A stretch of 64,000 nt of DNA from Octopus vulgaris (GCA_951406725.2 OX597828.1:11594001-11658000), one strand, 5' to 3'. Numbered from the stretch's first letter, positions 13,063 to 25,035 are shown. A program made the numbers and translations. The notes: generated from the letters alone by a model not told the origin.

Positions 13063-14790
13063 ATGAAACCAGGCAAAGCCCCTGGCCTATCAGGAATCAC
13101 TGCTGAGATGCTTAAAACAGCTGGCTATGTGGGCTATACCATAGTCACCCGCATTGTAAACCAGGTAGTTCACAATGGAGTCATACCCAATGACTGGTGC
13201 AGCAGCACCATAGTCAACTGCTACAAGGGTAAGGGTGATGCTCTAGATAGAAATAACTACAGAGGTATCAAACTGTTGGACCAGGTGATGAAGGTCTCAG
13301 AGAAGGTCATAACCCATCTCATTAGGGAGAGAATTTGTTTAGATGAAATGCAGTTCGGTTTTGTACCAGGTAGAAGCACCACTGATGCTATATTCCTGGT
13401 CCGACAACTGCAGGAGAAGTACCTAGCTAAAGATAAACCCCTCTACATAGCTTTTGTAGACTTGGAGAAAGCCTTTGACAGGGTTCCCCGTTCCCTCATC
13501 TGGTGGTCGATGCGGAAACTGGAGATTGAAGAATGGCTAATAAGGGCTGTACAGGCTCTATACAGAGAGGCTGTCAGCAAGGTTAGGATTGGCAACGAAT
13601 ATAGTGAAGAATTCCGGGTAGAAGTAGGTGTGCACCAGGGCTCAGCCCTCAGTCCCCTTTTATTCATCATAGTCCTTCAGGCAATAACAGAGGAATTCAA
13701 AACGGGATGCCCCTGGGAGCTCCTCTATGCCGATAACCTAGCTCTCATAGCAGAATCACTACCGGAACTAGAAGAGAAATTTCGGGTGTGGAAGCAAGGG
13801 TTGGAATCAAAGGGCCTTAGAATAAATGTAGCAAAGACCAAAGTATTAGTAAGCAGCAAGAGGTACTCAGCACACACCCCCTCGGGTAGGTGGCCCTGCT
13901 CAATCTGTAGGAAAGGTACAGGTAGAAACTCCATAAGATGCACCCAATGTAAGTTATGGACACATAAGAGGTGCAGCAACATTAAAGGGAAATTAACAGA
14001 TAAGATAGCTTTCATGTGCGGCAGATGCACAGGGACAATAGACACAACAGACACTCAGAAAACAGATTCCATCACACTCCAGGGAGAGAAACTAGAAGTA
14101 GTTGATAGTTTCCGCTACCTGGGTGACCAAGTTAGTAGCGGAGGTGGATGCACAGAGAGTATCACCACTAGAATACGAATAGCCTGGGCAAAGTTCAGAA
14201 AGCTCCTACCCCTACTGGCAACAAAAGGTCTCTCCCTCAGAGTGAAAGGTAGATTGTATGATGCATGTGTGCGAACTGCCATGCTTCACGGTAATGAAAC
14301 ATGGGCAGTGACTGCAGAGGACATGCGTAGACTTGAAAGAAATGAAGCTAGCATGATCCGCTGGATGTGTAGTGTCAGTGTGCATGCAAGACAGAGTGTA
14401 AGCATCCTAAGAGAAATGCTGGATATAAGAAGCATCAGATGTGGTGTGCAAGAGCGACGCTTGCGATGGTATGGTCATGTGCTGCGGATGGATGAAGAGA
14501 GATGTGTGAAGAAGTGCCACTCCCAAACAGTTGAAGGTATCAGGGGGAGAGGTAGACCCAGGAAGACATGGGATGAGGTAGTCAAGCATGACCTCAGAGC
14601 ATTGGGCCTCACTGAGGCAATGGCGAAAGACCGAGATCTCTGGAGATATGCTGTGACTGCAAAGACCCGGGCTGCTTTCTGCAGCAATTCCACATACCCC
14701 CTACCCATTCAAAGTACCCCGGATCCCCAAAGTACCCCGGATCCCCAAAGTACCCCGGACCCAGTTGCCCCCGTGCCGCTGGCACGTTAA
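13063..14790 (+). CDS. RTE reverse transcriptase ORF, 575 aa, likely catalytically dead (YADN)
   Basis: Uninterrupted ORF with the RT motifs; YADD changed to YADN at 13726-13737. Confidence 0.85.
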   Translation: MKPGKAPGLSGITAEMLKTAGYVGYTIVTRIVNQVVHNGVIPNDWCSSTIVNCYKGKGDALDRNNYRGIKLLDQVMKVSEKVITHLIRERICLDEMQFGFVPGRSTTDAIFLVRQLQEKYLAKDKPLYIAFVDLEKAFDRVPRSLIWWSMRKLEIEEWLIRAVQALYREAVSKVRIGNEYSEEFRVEVGVHQGSALSPLLFIIVLQAITEEFKTGCPWELLYADNLALIAESLPELEEKFRVWKQGLESKGLRINVAKTKVLVSSKRYSAHTPSGRWPCSICRKGTGRNSIRCTQCKLWTHKRCSNIKGKLTDKIAFMCGRCTGTIDTTDTQKTDSITLQGEKLEVVDSFRYLGDQVSSGGGCTESITTRIRIAWAKFRKLLPLLATKGLSLRVKGRLYDACVRTAMLHGNETWAVTAEDMRRLERNEASMIRWMCSVSVHARQSVSILREMLDIRSIRCGVQERRLRWYGHVLRMDEERCVKKCHSQTVEGIRGRGRPRKTWDEVVKHDLRALGLTEAMAKDRDLWRYAVTAKTRAAFCSNSTYPLPIQSTPDPQSTPDPQSTPDPVAPVPLAR

Positions 14791-15028
14791 AATGCTCGAA
14801 CCGATCGCGACCAATGCCGGACCCCCCGGCCCCTGTGCAGGTGGCACGTAAAAAGCACCCAATCCACTCACGGAGTGGTTGGCGTTAGGAAGGGCATCCA
14901 GCCATAGAAACTCTGCCAAATCAGACTGGAGCCTGGAGCGGCCCCTGGCTTCCCAGACCCCGGTCGAACCGTCCAACCCGTGCTAGCGCGGAAAACGGAC
15001 GTTAAACGATGATGATGATGATGATGAT
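13063..15028 (+). mobile_element. 5'-truncated RTE-clade LINE (RT + PHD-like finger + C-terminus, 3' UTR, (GAT)n tail) inserted in (TA)n
   Basis: ORF 13063..14790 has GKAPG, NYRGIKLL, QFGF, FVDLEKAFDRV, GVHQGSALSP, YADN, FRYLG, LRWYGHV and RGRPRKTW motifs. No APE domain. TA repeats on both flanks. Confidence 0.95.
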
Positions 15029-15034
15029 ATATAT

Positions 15035-15410
15035 ATCAAAAAAATCCAAAAATGGGACAAGAATGCAAAACATCCAGAGAGTTAGGTGATACAAAAAAGG
15101 GACAACAACACATCCAGACAGACAGTACAAGGAAAACAAGAACGGGTCATTCGGAGTTTTCTTTCTTCAGTTGAGTTCCAGATTATCTTTGCAATTTCGG
15201 CTGGTTATACTCAAGATTGCTTCAATCTGGCCAGCCCCAAGGAAAAACTAAGCTAAGAGCATTAGATTCCTTGGAAGAAAGCAGCAAATGTATATGAAAA
15301 AAACAAAGAAATGTTACACAAATACAAATGCAATTAACAGGACATAACAACAAGTGTCTTTCAACTAAGGCTGAATTACATTAAGCCGGTGTGTGTGTAG
15401 AGGTAAAGCC
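15035..15410. mobile_element. Unclassified interspersed repeat; other copies at 48380-48870 and, as a fold-back, 27765-27940
   Basis: Shared aaaatgggacaagaatgcaaaacatcc...ggtcattcg.agttt...cccaaggaaaaactaagc sequence, flanked by (TA)n. Confidence 0.75.
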
Positions 15411-15839
15411 TATACATACATACATATATATATGTATGTATGTGTGTGTGTGTGTGTGTGTATGCATATGTATGTGTGTGTGTATATATATAAGGCAGCA
15501 AGCTGGCAGCTTGGTGGTATTTTGTCTGTCTATACATTCTGAGTTCAAATTCTGTCGAGGTTGACTTTGCCTTTCATCCTTTCGGAGTCAATAAATTAAG
15601 TACCAGTTGCGTACTGGGGGGGGGGGGGCGATCTAATTTATTGGCTCCCCTCCACCAAAATTTAGGGCCTTGTGCCTAGAGTAGAAAAGATGTATACGTG
15701 TGTATATATATATATACAATGCAAAAATGCTCTGCTGATTGTGAAAGTTAATAAAAGTGAAATAAAACTTCAAATAAAATCCATTCTTTGTGTGTGACCT
15801 AGTACTGGTTCACAACCTGACATTTGTGGATCCCTACTT

Positions 15840-16420
15840 TAGATAATAGATGAAAGCCCATCCTAGATGATAAAGGCAAGGACAACTTTAGATAAAGAGT
15901 GCAAGGTCACTGCAGATAATGAGTACATAGACAACCGAGGTAATAGGTTAAGGGCATCCTAGATAATGAAGGGAAAAATACAGATAAGGGTTACAGAGAT
16001 ACCTTAAACAATGTAGAAAAGAATAACCCAGACAAGTGGTGCAAGGATATGTTAGAAATAACAGCAAAGGTAAGCCAAATAATAAATAAAAGGACATCCT
16101 TGATAACATAGGAAAAACACAGCAAGGATGTCTCAGATAACTGGGACACAAATGTGCTAAAAATAAAGACAAAGGTAAACCAAACAATGAAAAGGACATC
16201 TTAGACAATGAAAGGAAAGACACAGATGTGGGTTACAGTGAAACCTTAAATAATATTCACAAGGATCCCCCAGGTAACTGGTACACAAATGTCCTGGAAA
16301 TAATGACAAAAGGTAAACCAAATAATAATTAGAAGGACATCTGAAATAAAGTAAGGTTTAAAACACATGTGACCATGGGTGTAAATGCTTTCTAGATAAT
16401 AAAGACAAGAAAACTTAAGA
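15840..16420. repeat. Degenerate minisatellite (~24-27 bp, aaggacatcctagataat-like)
   Basis: Recurrent ggacatc(c/t)tagataat and aggtaaaccaaat motifs. Confidence 0.6.
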
Positions 16421-17004
16421 GTAAAGAGGCTGCCTGGCTTAATACCACCACCTGGTAATAACCAGTATCTTTAGCAGAGTCCATTCTGTTGCAAGTATGT
16501 GACATAGATCTCCAGTTGGAAAAGATCTTCACTAGTTTTGGAGTCCCTCTGAACAGTATTGGCTACTGCCTTCCCTCCTGACTAATCATCATCATTGTCA
16601 TGATCATCATCATCATTTAACATCTGTTGTCCATGCTGGCATGGGTTGGAAGATTTGACCAGCATTGGTAAGCTGAGGGCTTGCACCAGACTTCAATCTG
16701 ATTTGGCATGGTTTCTATGGCTGGATGCCCTTCCTAACACCAGAATGCCTTTAGAGTAAAAGATCTGCCAACTATCCAAATAATGAAGACAAGGAAAAGT
16801 AAGGTAACAGGTTCAAATCTATCTTAAATAATGAAGGTAATAATATCTGGGAGATAATGGATGCAAGGACATTCAAACAGGAGTTTACATAAAGTTGTAA
16901 AGAAACTGTGATTGATTAAATGACTATGTTATTAATTAGCCCCAGTTTACCAAAGATAAAAGGCTTTCCAGCTATGACCATCCAGCCCTTTATTAAGTCA
17001 GTTT

Positions 17005-18537
17005 ATCATCATCATCATCGTTTAGCGTCCGCTTTCCATGTTAGCATGGGTTGGACGGGTCAACTGGGGTCTGTGAAGCTGGAAGGCTTCGTCAGGCCCA
17101 GTCAGATCTGGCAGTGTTTCTACGGCTGGATGCCCTTCCTAACGCCAACCACTCCGCGAGTGTAGTGGGTGTTTTTTACGTGCCACCTGCACAGGTGCCA
17201 GACAGAGCTGGTGAACGGCCACGAACGGATGGTGCTTTTACGTGTCACCGGCACGGGGCCAGGCGATGCTGGCAACGGACACGGACGGATGGTGCTTTTA
17301 CGTGCCACCGACACGGGGCCAGACAGAGCTGGCAACCGGCCACGAACGGACGGTGCTTTTACATGTCACCGGCACGGGGCCAGCCGAGGCTGTAAACGGA
17401 CGTGAACGGATGGTGCTTTTACGTGCCACCGACACGGTTGCCAGACAGAGCTGGCAAACGGCCACGAGCGGACGGTGCTTTTACGTGTCACCGGCACGGG
17501 GGCCAGCCGAGGCTGGCAACGGACACGGACGGATGGTGCTTTTACGTGCCACCGACACGGGGCCAGACAGAGCTGGCAAACGGCCACGAACGGATGGTGC
17601 TTTTACGTGCCACCGACACGGGGCCAGACAGAGCTGGCAAACGGCCACGAACGGACGGTGCTTTTACGTGTCACCGGCACGGGGCCAGGCGAGGCTGGCA
17701 ACGAACACGAACGGATGGTGCTTTTACGTGCCACCGACACGGGGCCAGGAAGAGCTAGCAAACGGCCATGAGCGAATGGTGCTTCTACGTATCACCAGCA
17801 CAGGTGCCAGACGAGGCTGACAGCAGACACGAACGGATGGGTCACTTAACCCCTGCTTTCTGATATATGATTTGATTTTGATTGTTCTCACTGGTCTTGC
17901 CGGGTCTTCTCACGCACAGCATACTTCCATAGGTCTCGGTCTCTGGTCATTTCCTTGGTGAGACCTAGAGTTCGAAGGTCGTGCTTCACCACCTCGACCC
18001 AGGTTTTCCTGGGTCTACCTCTTCCACAGGTCCCCTCAACTGCCAGGGTGTGGCACTTTTTCACACACCTATCTTCATCCATTCTCACCACATGACCATA
18101 CCAGCGCAATCGTCTCTCTTGCACACAACATCTGATTCCTCTTAGGTCCAACTTTTCTCTCAAGGTACTTACACTCTGTCAACTATGAACACTGACATTA
18201 CACATCCAACGGAGCATACTAGCTTCATTTCTCGCGAGCTTACGCATGTCCTCAGCAGTCACGGCCCATGTTTCACTGCCATGTAGCATGGCTGTTCGTA
18301 CACATGCATCATACAGTCTGCCTTTTACTCTGAGCGAGAGGCCTTTAGTCACCAACAGAGGTAAGAGCTCCCTAAACTTTGCCCAGGCTATTCTTACTCT
18401 AGCCGTTACACTTTCAGCACACCCACCCCCACTACTGACTTGGTCACCAAGATAACGGAAGCTATCAACTACTTCTAGTTTTTCCCCCTGGAAAGTGACG
18501 GAAGTTGTTTTCTGCAGATTTTCAGAGGTTAATGCTC
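17005..18537 (-). mobile_element. 5'-truncated RTE LINE, disrupted ORF, 3' UTR with tandem array and (GAT)n tail
   Basis: Minus ORF 17888..18163 (LRWYGHV, RGRPRKTW, DRDLW), with upstream EKLEVVDSFRYLG coding sequence and an in-frame TGA. Confidence 0.93.
17167..17840. repeat. Tandem array of 11 units of ~60-62 bp in the RTE 3' UTR
   Basis: GGTGCTTTTACGTG(C/T)CACC recurs at about 17231, 17291, 17352, 17412, 17474, 17535, 17596, 17657, 17717 and 17778. Confidence 0.95.
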
Positions 18538-18894
18538 GGGAGCATTAACCTCTGAAAATCTGCAGAAAACAACTTCCGTTATATTATTGCAATAAGTTAT
18601 ATTATACAATAAGTCCTACATTGTTTTCTTTTTTAAAAAAGCAGTAGGTTGCGATTTGAAGATTTGGCTGCTATTTGAAGAAAATTGACTGTCTACATAG
18701 ATGCTCCCCTAGTGGCTTGTACATGATTATGTTGTTGTAACTCAAGTTACAACCCAATTAAGCATATCTACAATTGAAGACAGTCCAGCCATGGCTCTCT
18801 AGTCTTATATGAATGAGACTAGATTATCCAGTATGCCATCCTATTTTTTCAAGCAAGGAGATGAGTTGAATGAGTATAGCTACTAGTCCTAATT

Positions 18895-19117
18895 TTTTTA
18901 TTGCTCACAAGGGGCTAAACATAGAGGGGACAAACAAAGACAGACAAAGGGATTAAGTCGATTACATCGACCCCAGTGCGTAACTCATAGTTATTTAATC
19001 GACCCTGAAAGGATGAAAGGCTAAGTCAACCTCAGCAGAATTTGAACTCAGAACGTAGTGGCAGACGAAATACCGCTAAGCATTTCGCCCGGCGTGCTAA
19101 CGTTTCTGCCAGCTCGC
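18895..19117 (-). mobile_element. tRNA-derived SINE family B with Meta/MESC-like core. Others at about 15493-15690, 32528-32750, 34945-35150, 49285-49495, 55688-55855, 60765-60970
   Basis: GAGCTGGCAGAA...GAGTTCAAAT head and GCCTTTCATCCTTTCGGGGTCGATAAA..AAGTACC core; many copies. Confidence 0.85.
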
Positions 19118-20529
19118 AGCCTTATTAGACAGAAATATAGCTACTATTTCTGTTAGATTGAATGATCATGAAGAGGTTCTGATAATGGATTTTGCTATGA
19201 ATAATTAATATTTAATTAAGATAGCCATGATTCATGAAAGAACTGACCAAAAGTGAGCTTCTATGTAGTCAATTGAACTGCTAGAAACAGCAGTAAAATT
19301 TCATTTAAATCACACTCTGAATACACTGATTTTGAAAACAAAATGTGAAGGTCATGGCTGGAATGTTTCTGATCACAGATTAGGAGTATACTGAAGCTAA
19401 ATAACAATTACAGAGGCATAGATTCTGACTTGGGTGTACTGTATTAACATGAACAATCAAACTCAAAATGTATTTGCTGCCGCCACTACTAATGATGATG
19501 ATGATGACGATGATGATAACAGAGCAAAAATGAATTAATTAATATAATAGATTATCACAGATTACCAGACAAACATGGTTAATCAAATATGGTCTAGTCA
19601 TATCGGTTATGACATCTTAAGAATGAGCACAGTTTCAGGCAAGTCCAAACAAAACTTGCATATTTATTTTTGAAGTGATTTCTAATCTTAATTAAAACTA
19701 ATTATTTTCTTTTTGATTAAATTAAATTAAATTAAATAATAATTAAATAATTTTCACCGAGCAAGTTTTCTGTACAAGAATATTGCAAAGTCTGCAAATA
19801 GGAAACAAATTAGAACTGGTAGAGAATAAACAGCAAACAACTTGTTTAGTCATTAAATCTGCGAAGGGTTAGTGTAACTGCCACCAAAGTTCTTTGATAA
19901 AAAGCTGGACTCGAAGAAAGCTAGCTTCTCTCAACAATAAATCATCATGAAGGAAGAAAAATTACTTGCAGGAAACAGATAACATAATAGACTCTGAAAT
20001 GGCAAGCAAAAAGAAAATGTTGTAACAAGGTGATTTAGCATGTGACTAACTAGAGTTTGGCAATGCTTTGCTAAAACAAAAACCAATTCTTATCATACTG
20101 TCATATTCCAGACAGAGCATCTTGAGAATAGCAGCATCAACCTTTGTTTAGTATGTTCAATAAATCTAAAGTAGATGTCAGCTTTAATCAATACATTGTC
20201 CAGCTGAATTGGCCAGTTGATAGATGTCCATCGGCAAAAACATATCATATGGAAGTTAACAGAGCTGCAATGTTATATAAAGCAAAACCAATATGCTTTC
20301 CTCAAAAGTGTAAACATGACAAAGCAACAGAATCACTTTGAAAGACTATTTTATAAACAATCTTACATTAATATTGTAACGGATATTTGCTTGTCACACA
20401 AAAACTACATGGAAATCTTTCCTTTGTTTTCTTCAAATATTTTTGTTTTTTGGAAGGGTGAGTAAGGATTTTATATCTTGGTTTCACCTTTCATTGAGTC
20501 TATAAAGTAACACATTCATATGTTATTTA

Positions 20530-21060
20530 GTCCAGCCTTGATCAAGTAAACCTTTGTTCTAACCTACGTCGAGCAAACCTAAGATCAAAGGTGAACAAGC
20601 CATGATCAAAAAGGCCTAGGGTTAAAGGTTTACTAGCTTGATCAAGCAAACCCATGATCAAAAGTCATTCAGCCTTGATGACAGAAACCTAGCATCAAAG
20701 GTTTTCTAGTCTTGACCAAAAGTTGTTTCACCATGATCAATGAAACATAGGGTCAAAAGCTGTTTAACATAGATCAAGCAAAGCTATGATTAAAGGTGCT
20801 CCAGTCTTGATCTTCGTTGAAAGGTCTGCTAGCCTAATCAAGCAAATCTATGATCAAAAATTGTTTAGTCTTGAACAAAGAAACCTATAATCAAAAGTGT
20901 TTGAGCCTTGATCAAGCAAACCGATGATCAAGGGTTGTTAAGCCTTGATCAAGCAACCTTATAAACCTATGATCAAGGATGTCCCAGCCTTGATCAAACA
21001 AATTTACTATCAAAGGTTTTCTAACCTAATCAAGCAAGCCTAAGACTATTCTAGTAGTGA
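20530..21060. repeat. Degenerate ~38-40 bp tandem repeat (ccagccttgatcaagcaaacctatgatcaaagg)
   Basis: About 13 diverged units rich in TGATCA. Confidence 0.8.
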
Positions 21061-22622
21061 TCATTTCTTTATCATTTCCATTTTTTAAAAAAACTTTTGG
21101 GCACAGATATAGTGTGCCTCTTTTTTTCTGTTTTTGCTCTTTTGCTTGTTTCAGTCATTTGACTGTGGCCATGCTGGAGCACCGCCTTTAGTCGAGCAAA
21201 TCGACCCCAGGACTTATTCTTTGTAAGCCTAGTACTTATTCTATCAGTCTCTTCTGCTGAACCACTAAGTGACAGGGACATAAACACACCAGCATTGGTT
21301 GTCAAGCAATGCTAGGGGGATGAACACAGACACACAAACACACACACACACATATATATATATACATATATACGACAGGCTTCTTTCAGCTTCTGTCTAC
21401 CAAACCCACCCACAAAGCCCTGGTCGGCCCGAGGCTATAGTAGAAGATACTTGCCCAAGGTGCCACGCAGTGGGACTGAACCCAGAACCATGTGGTTGGT
21501 AAGCAAGCTACTTACCACACAGCCACTCCCGCGCCTAGTGAGACTTTCCGCATTTTGGATGTTAAGACGGCCAGTAGGAGACTAAATACTATGCAATGCT
21601 CTCTCATAGGCTCACATTTGCATAATTTATTGTTGGCATAACTGCTTCCCTTGTTGTTCATTTCTGCTCAACATTGCATGCGTAAGTCTACTGCACAGGC
21701 GTAACCAGGTGAATGACACATTTTACCAATATTTCTAGAGTAACACAATGCCTCAGAAAAATGGTAAGGTTCATTTCTGTCTCCTTTCATTAATTCTTGA
21801 CATCTTCGCTTCAAGCCTTGCTTTATTTTCTCTTTGCATTTCATTTTGTTTTGTGTCAGCTAAACTTTTTCTTTTTTTACCTTTTATTATTCTTACTGAC
21901 TCCTTCACATACATTTTTCTTTTCTTCCTCTGTTTCATTTCTTTCTTTAATTTCCTTTCACTCAAACTCAGCCTCCCCTTCTCATCATTTACCAAGGTCT
22001 CCCCAACCTACTTCAGCATCATATCCTCCATCTGTATCTCTTTCTTTCTCTTTATCCATCTGTATCTCTTTCTTTCCCTTTATCCATCTGTATCTCTTTC
22101 TTCCTCTTTATCCTAGTGGTCCACCTTCCCTCTCCTATTCATGTTATCTCTTCTACACCCACCTTTTTCTTCCTCCTTTTTACTATTTACTTACCTGACT
22201 GCCAGGTAACTGCTGATTACCTCTCCCTTCCCTTCCTGCTCTATTAATGACCCCCCCCACCAACATTTGCCTTAGCTAAGCTATCTCTCTGTATAGTACT
22301 ACTTCTTTCACCTCCTTCAGCATCACAGGGAGAAAGAGAACATCAGTAAATAAAAATTAATAAATAAATAAAAACTGTCATTTCATATATTAGTGTGTGC
22401 ATATGTTCTTTTATTCTTTTATTTGCTTCAGTCATTTGACTGCGGCCATACTGGAGCACCACCTTTAGTCGAGCAAACTGACTGCAGGACTTATTCTTTG
22501 TAAGCCTAGTACTTGTTTAATTGGTCTCTTTTGAGGAACCGCTAATTTATAGGGACGTGAACACACCAACATCGGTTGTCAAGTGATGTTGGTGGGGACA
22601 AACACAGACACACAAACATATC

Positions 22623-22708
<86 letters not shown>

Positions 22709-22796
22709 TATATATTCTCAGTGACTGTGGTTACTGTGAAAATCCCTATATATCCAGCCTGTAGAGGAAGTCCCTCAACGAAGAACGGTACTTGCC

Positions 22797-22837
22797 ATGC
22801 GTTGACAAGAGGCAATAACCTCGAAACCGGTCCGTAT
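22797..22837 (+). ncRNA. Minimal type I hammerhead ribozyme motif (decayed core), Penelope-like
   Basis: Stem I ATGCG/CGTAT; core TTGACAA (vs CTGANGA); stem II GAGG-caataa-CCTC; GAAA; palindromic ACCGGT; GTC cleavage triplet. Confidence 0.65.
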
Positions 22838-23696
22838 GTAGTATCCGTATCTTCGGGGAGGCTGATCTCCCTTTGCAGGCTGGCAAGGACACCGAGATGG
22901 TGTCAGCCCTTCTGGTGACGTTGATGATCGCCTGGGGCTAAATGCATCAGTAACACCCCCACTACCCCGCCCTGACCCTAGCCACATTCAGATGGCTGAT
23001 CCCCCTTATGTTATAGAGCAGTTACTGTTTATATCTCGCTCAGAGATTTATTATTGTTATATATATTCTTTTATTCGTTTTAGTCATTTGACTGCTGGAG
23101 TACCGCTTTTAGTCGAACAAATCAACCCCCAGGACTTATTCTGTGTAAGCCAAGTACTTATTCTATTGGTTTTGGGGGGGGATACATGAGCACACCAATA
23201 TCAGTTGTCAAGTGATGGTGGGGGGGGGACAAACACAAACATACACACAAACATACATATATACGATGGGCTTCCTTCAGTTTCCGTCTACCAAATCCAC
23301 TCACAAAGCTTTGGTCGGCCTGAGGCTTTAGTTGAAGACACTTGGCCAAGGTGCCATGCAGTGGGACTGAACACAGAACCATGAGGTTGGTAAGCAAGCT
23401 ACTTACCACACAGCCACACCTGCACCTATGATATATATATATATATGATGATGATGATGATGATATATATATACATGCATGCATACATACATGCCTGCAT
23501 GTATACACATGAGGCTTCTGTACTGTTTCCATCAACCAAATTTCATTTACAAGATAAAACTTCTTAGACAGCTATGCCAGCACTTAGCCATACATTGGTT
23601 TGCAGAATATACCTTTGCTTTTGCAAATGAGCAACGGATGTGAAAATTCTATAAAAGAACATTTTAAAGATCATTACTCAACTAAACCACACAATT

Positions 23697-23745
<49 letters not shown>

Positions 23746-23867
23746 CATTCACACTATCCCTCACCCACCAGGTGCTAAAATTGTGATGGCAGTGGAGTGT
23801 GTGACCAAAGGCTAAAAGTACATAAAACAGCAATACGAAGTTGAAAAGAAATTTAATGGCAACTCAC

Positions 23868-23930
23868 CTATCACAGAGTTAGGAAGATAATTAGCAGAGA
23901 CTGAGCCTATTTGATCTAAAAGTCCTATAC
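23868..23930 (-). CDS. COG1: COG1 exon 12 (SIGLLDQIGSVSANYLPNSVI)
   Basis: tttcag / gtgagt; phase 1/1; similar to GVLQEE...KHLPASIV. Confidence 0.85.
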
Positions 23931-24226
23931 CTGAAATTGAAATACACGATAAAAGAAAAAAAGAGAGATTAAATGAATAAATATCACGAGAAAATAAGAA
24001 AAACAAAAAAGAAAAACCAAAATGCAATCAGAATGAAACTACATTTCTACTGAGATTGAAAATAAAAATTAGAGCAGTAACAATAATAATAATAATAATA
24101 ATAATAATAGCAGAGGAGCACAGAAAATATCATGAATACACACAAACACACTTGTGCGCGCACACACACACACACATACGTACATGTGTACATATACATA
24201 TATATACACACATATATATATATATA

Positions 24227-24258
<32 letters not shown>

Positions 24259-25035
24259 CATACATACATATATGTGTATATATCATCATCATATATATAT
24301 ATATATATATATGCACATATATGTGTGTGTGTGTAGCCACTACACACAATATTTTCTCTCCTTATTTTTTCTGCGTACCTTTCTGTAGCAGAGCGTAGGC
24401 TCGAAACATAAAAGACTTTTTCTATTCCTGAGCACTATATTAATACATCTGTTTGTTTTGTACACCACCTGTCTTCGTCTTTTGTTTATTTTCGTAAACT
24501 TTCCTTTTATATATATAGATATATAGATATAGATATATATATATAGATATAAATATAGTCGACCAAAGATATAAATATAGTCGACCAAAGATATAAATAT
24601 AGTCGACCTTTAGTCGACCAAATCGACCCCAGGACTTATTCTTTGTAAGCCTAGTACTTATTCTATCAGTCTCTTCTGCTGAACCACTAAGTGACAGGGA
24701 CATAAACACACCAGCATTGGTTGTCAAGCAATGCTAGGGGGATGAACACAGACACACAAACACACACACACACATATATATATATACATATATACGACAG
24801 GCTTCTTTCAGCTTCTGTCTACCAAACCCACCCACAAAGCCCTGGTCGGCCCGAGGCTATAGTAGAAGATACTTGCCCAAGGTACCACGCTGATCTCCCT
24901 TTGCAGGCTGGCAAGGACACCGAGATGGTGTCAGCCCTTCTGGTGACGTTGATGATCGCCTGGGGCTAAATGCATCAGTAACACCCCCACTACCCCGCCC
25001 TGACCCTACGTACATGTGTACATATACATATATAT

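Noticed and set aside
17051-17820. Overlapping 70-190 aa ORFs
   Set aside because: By-products of the GC-rich tandem array.
17167-17840. CRISPR-like array
   Set aside because: The spacers are homologous to one another (two alternating types), the array lies in a LINE 3' UTR in a eukaryotic intron, and there are no cas genes.
21748-22198. Hydrophobic or Lys-rich ORFs
   Set aside because: Compositional artefact of a pyrimidine-rich tract; no motif recognised.
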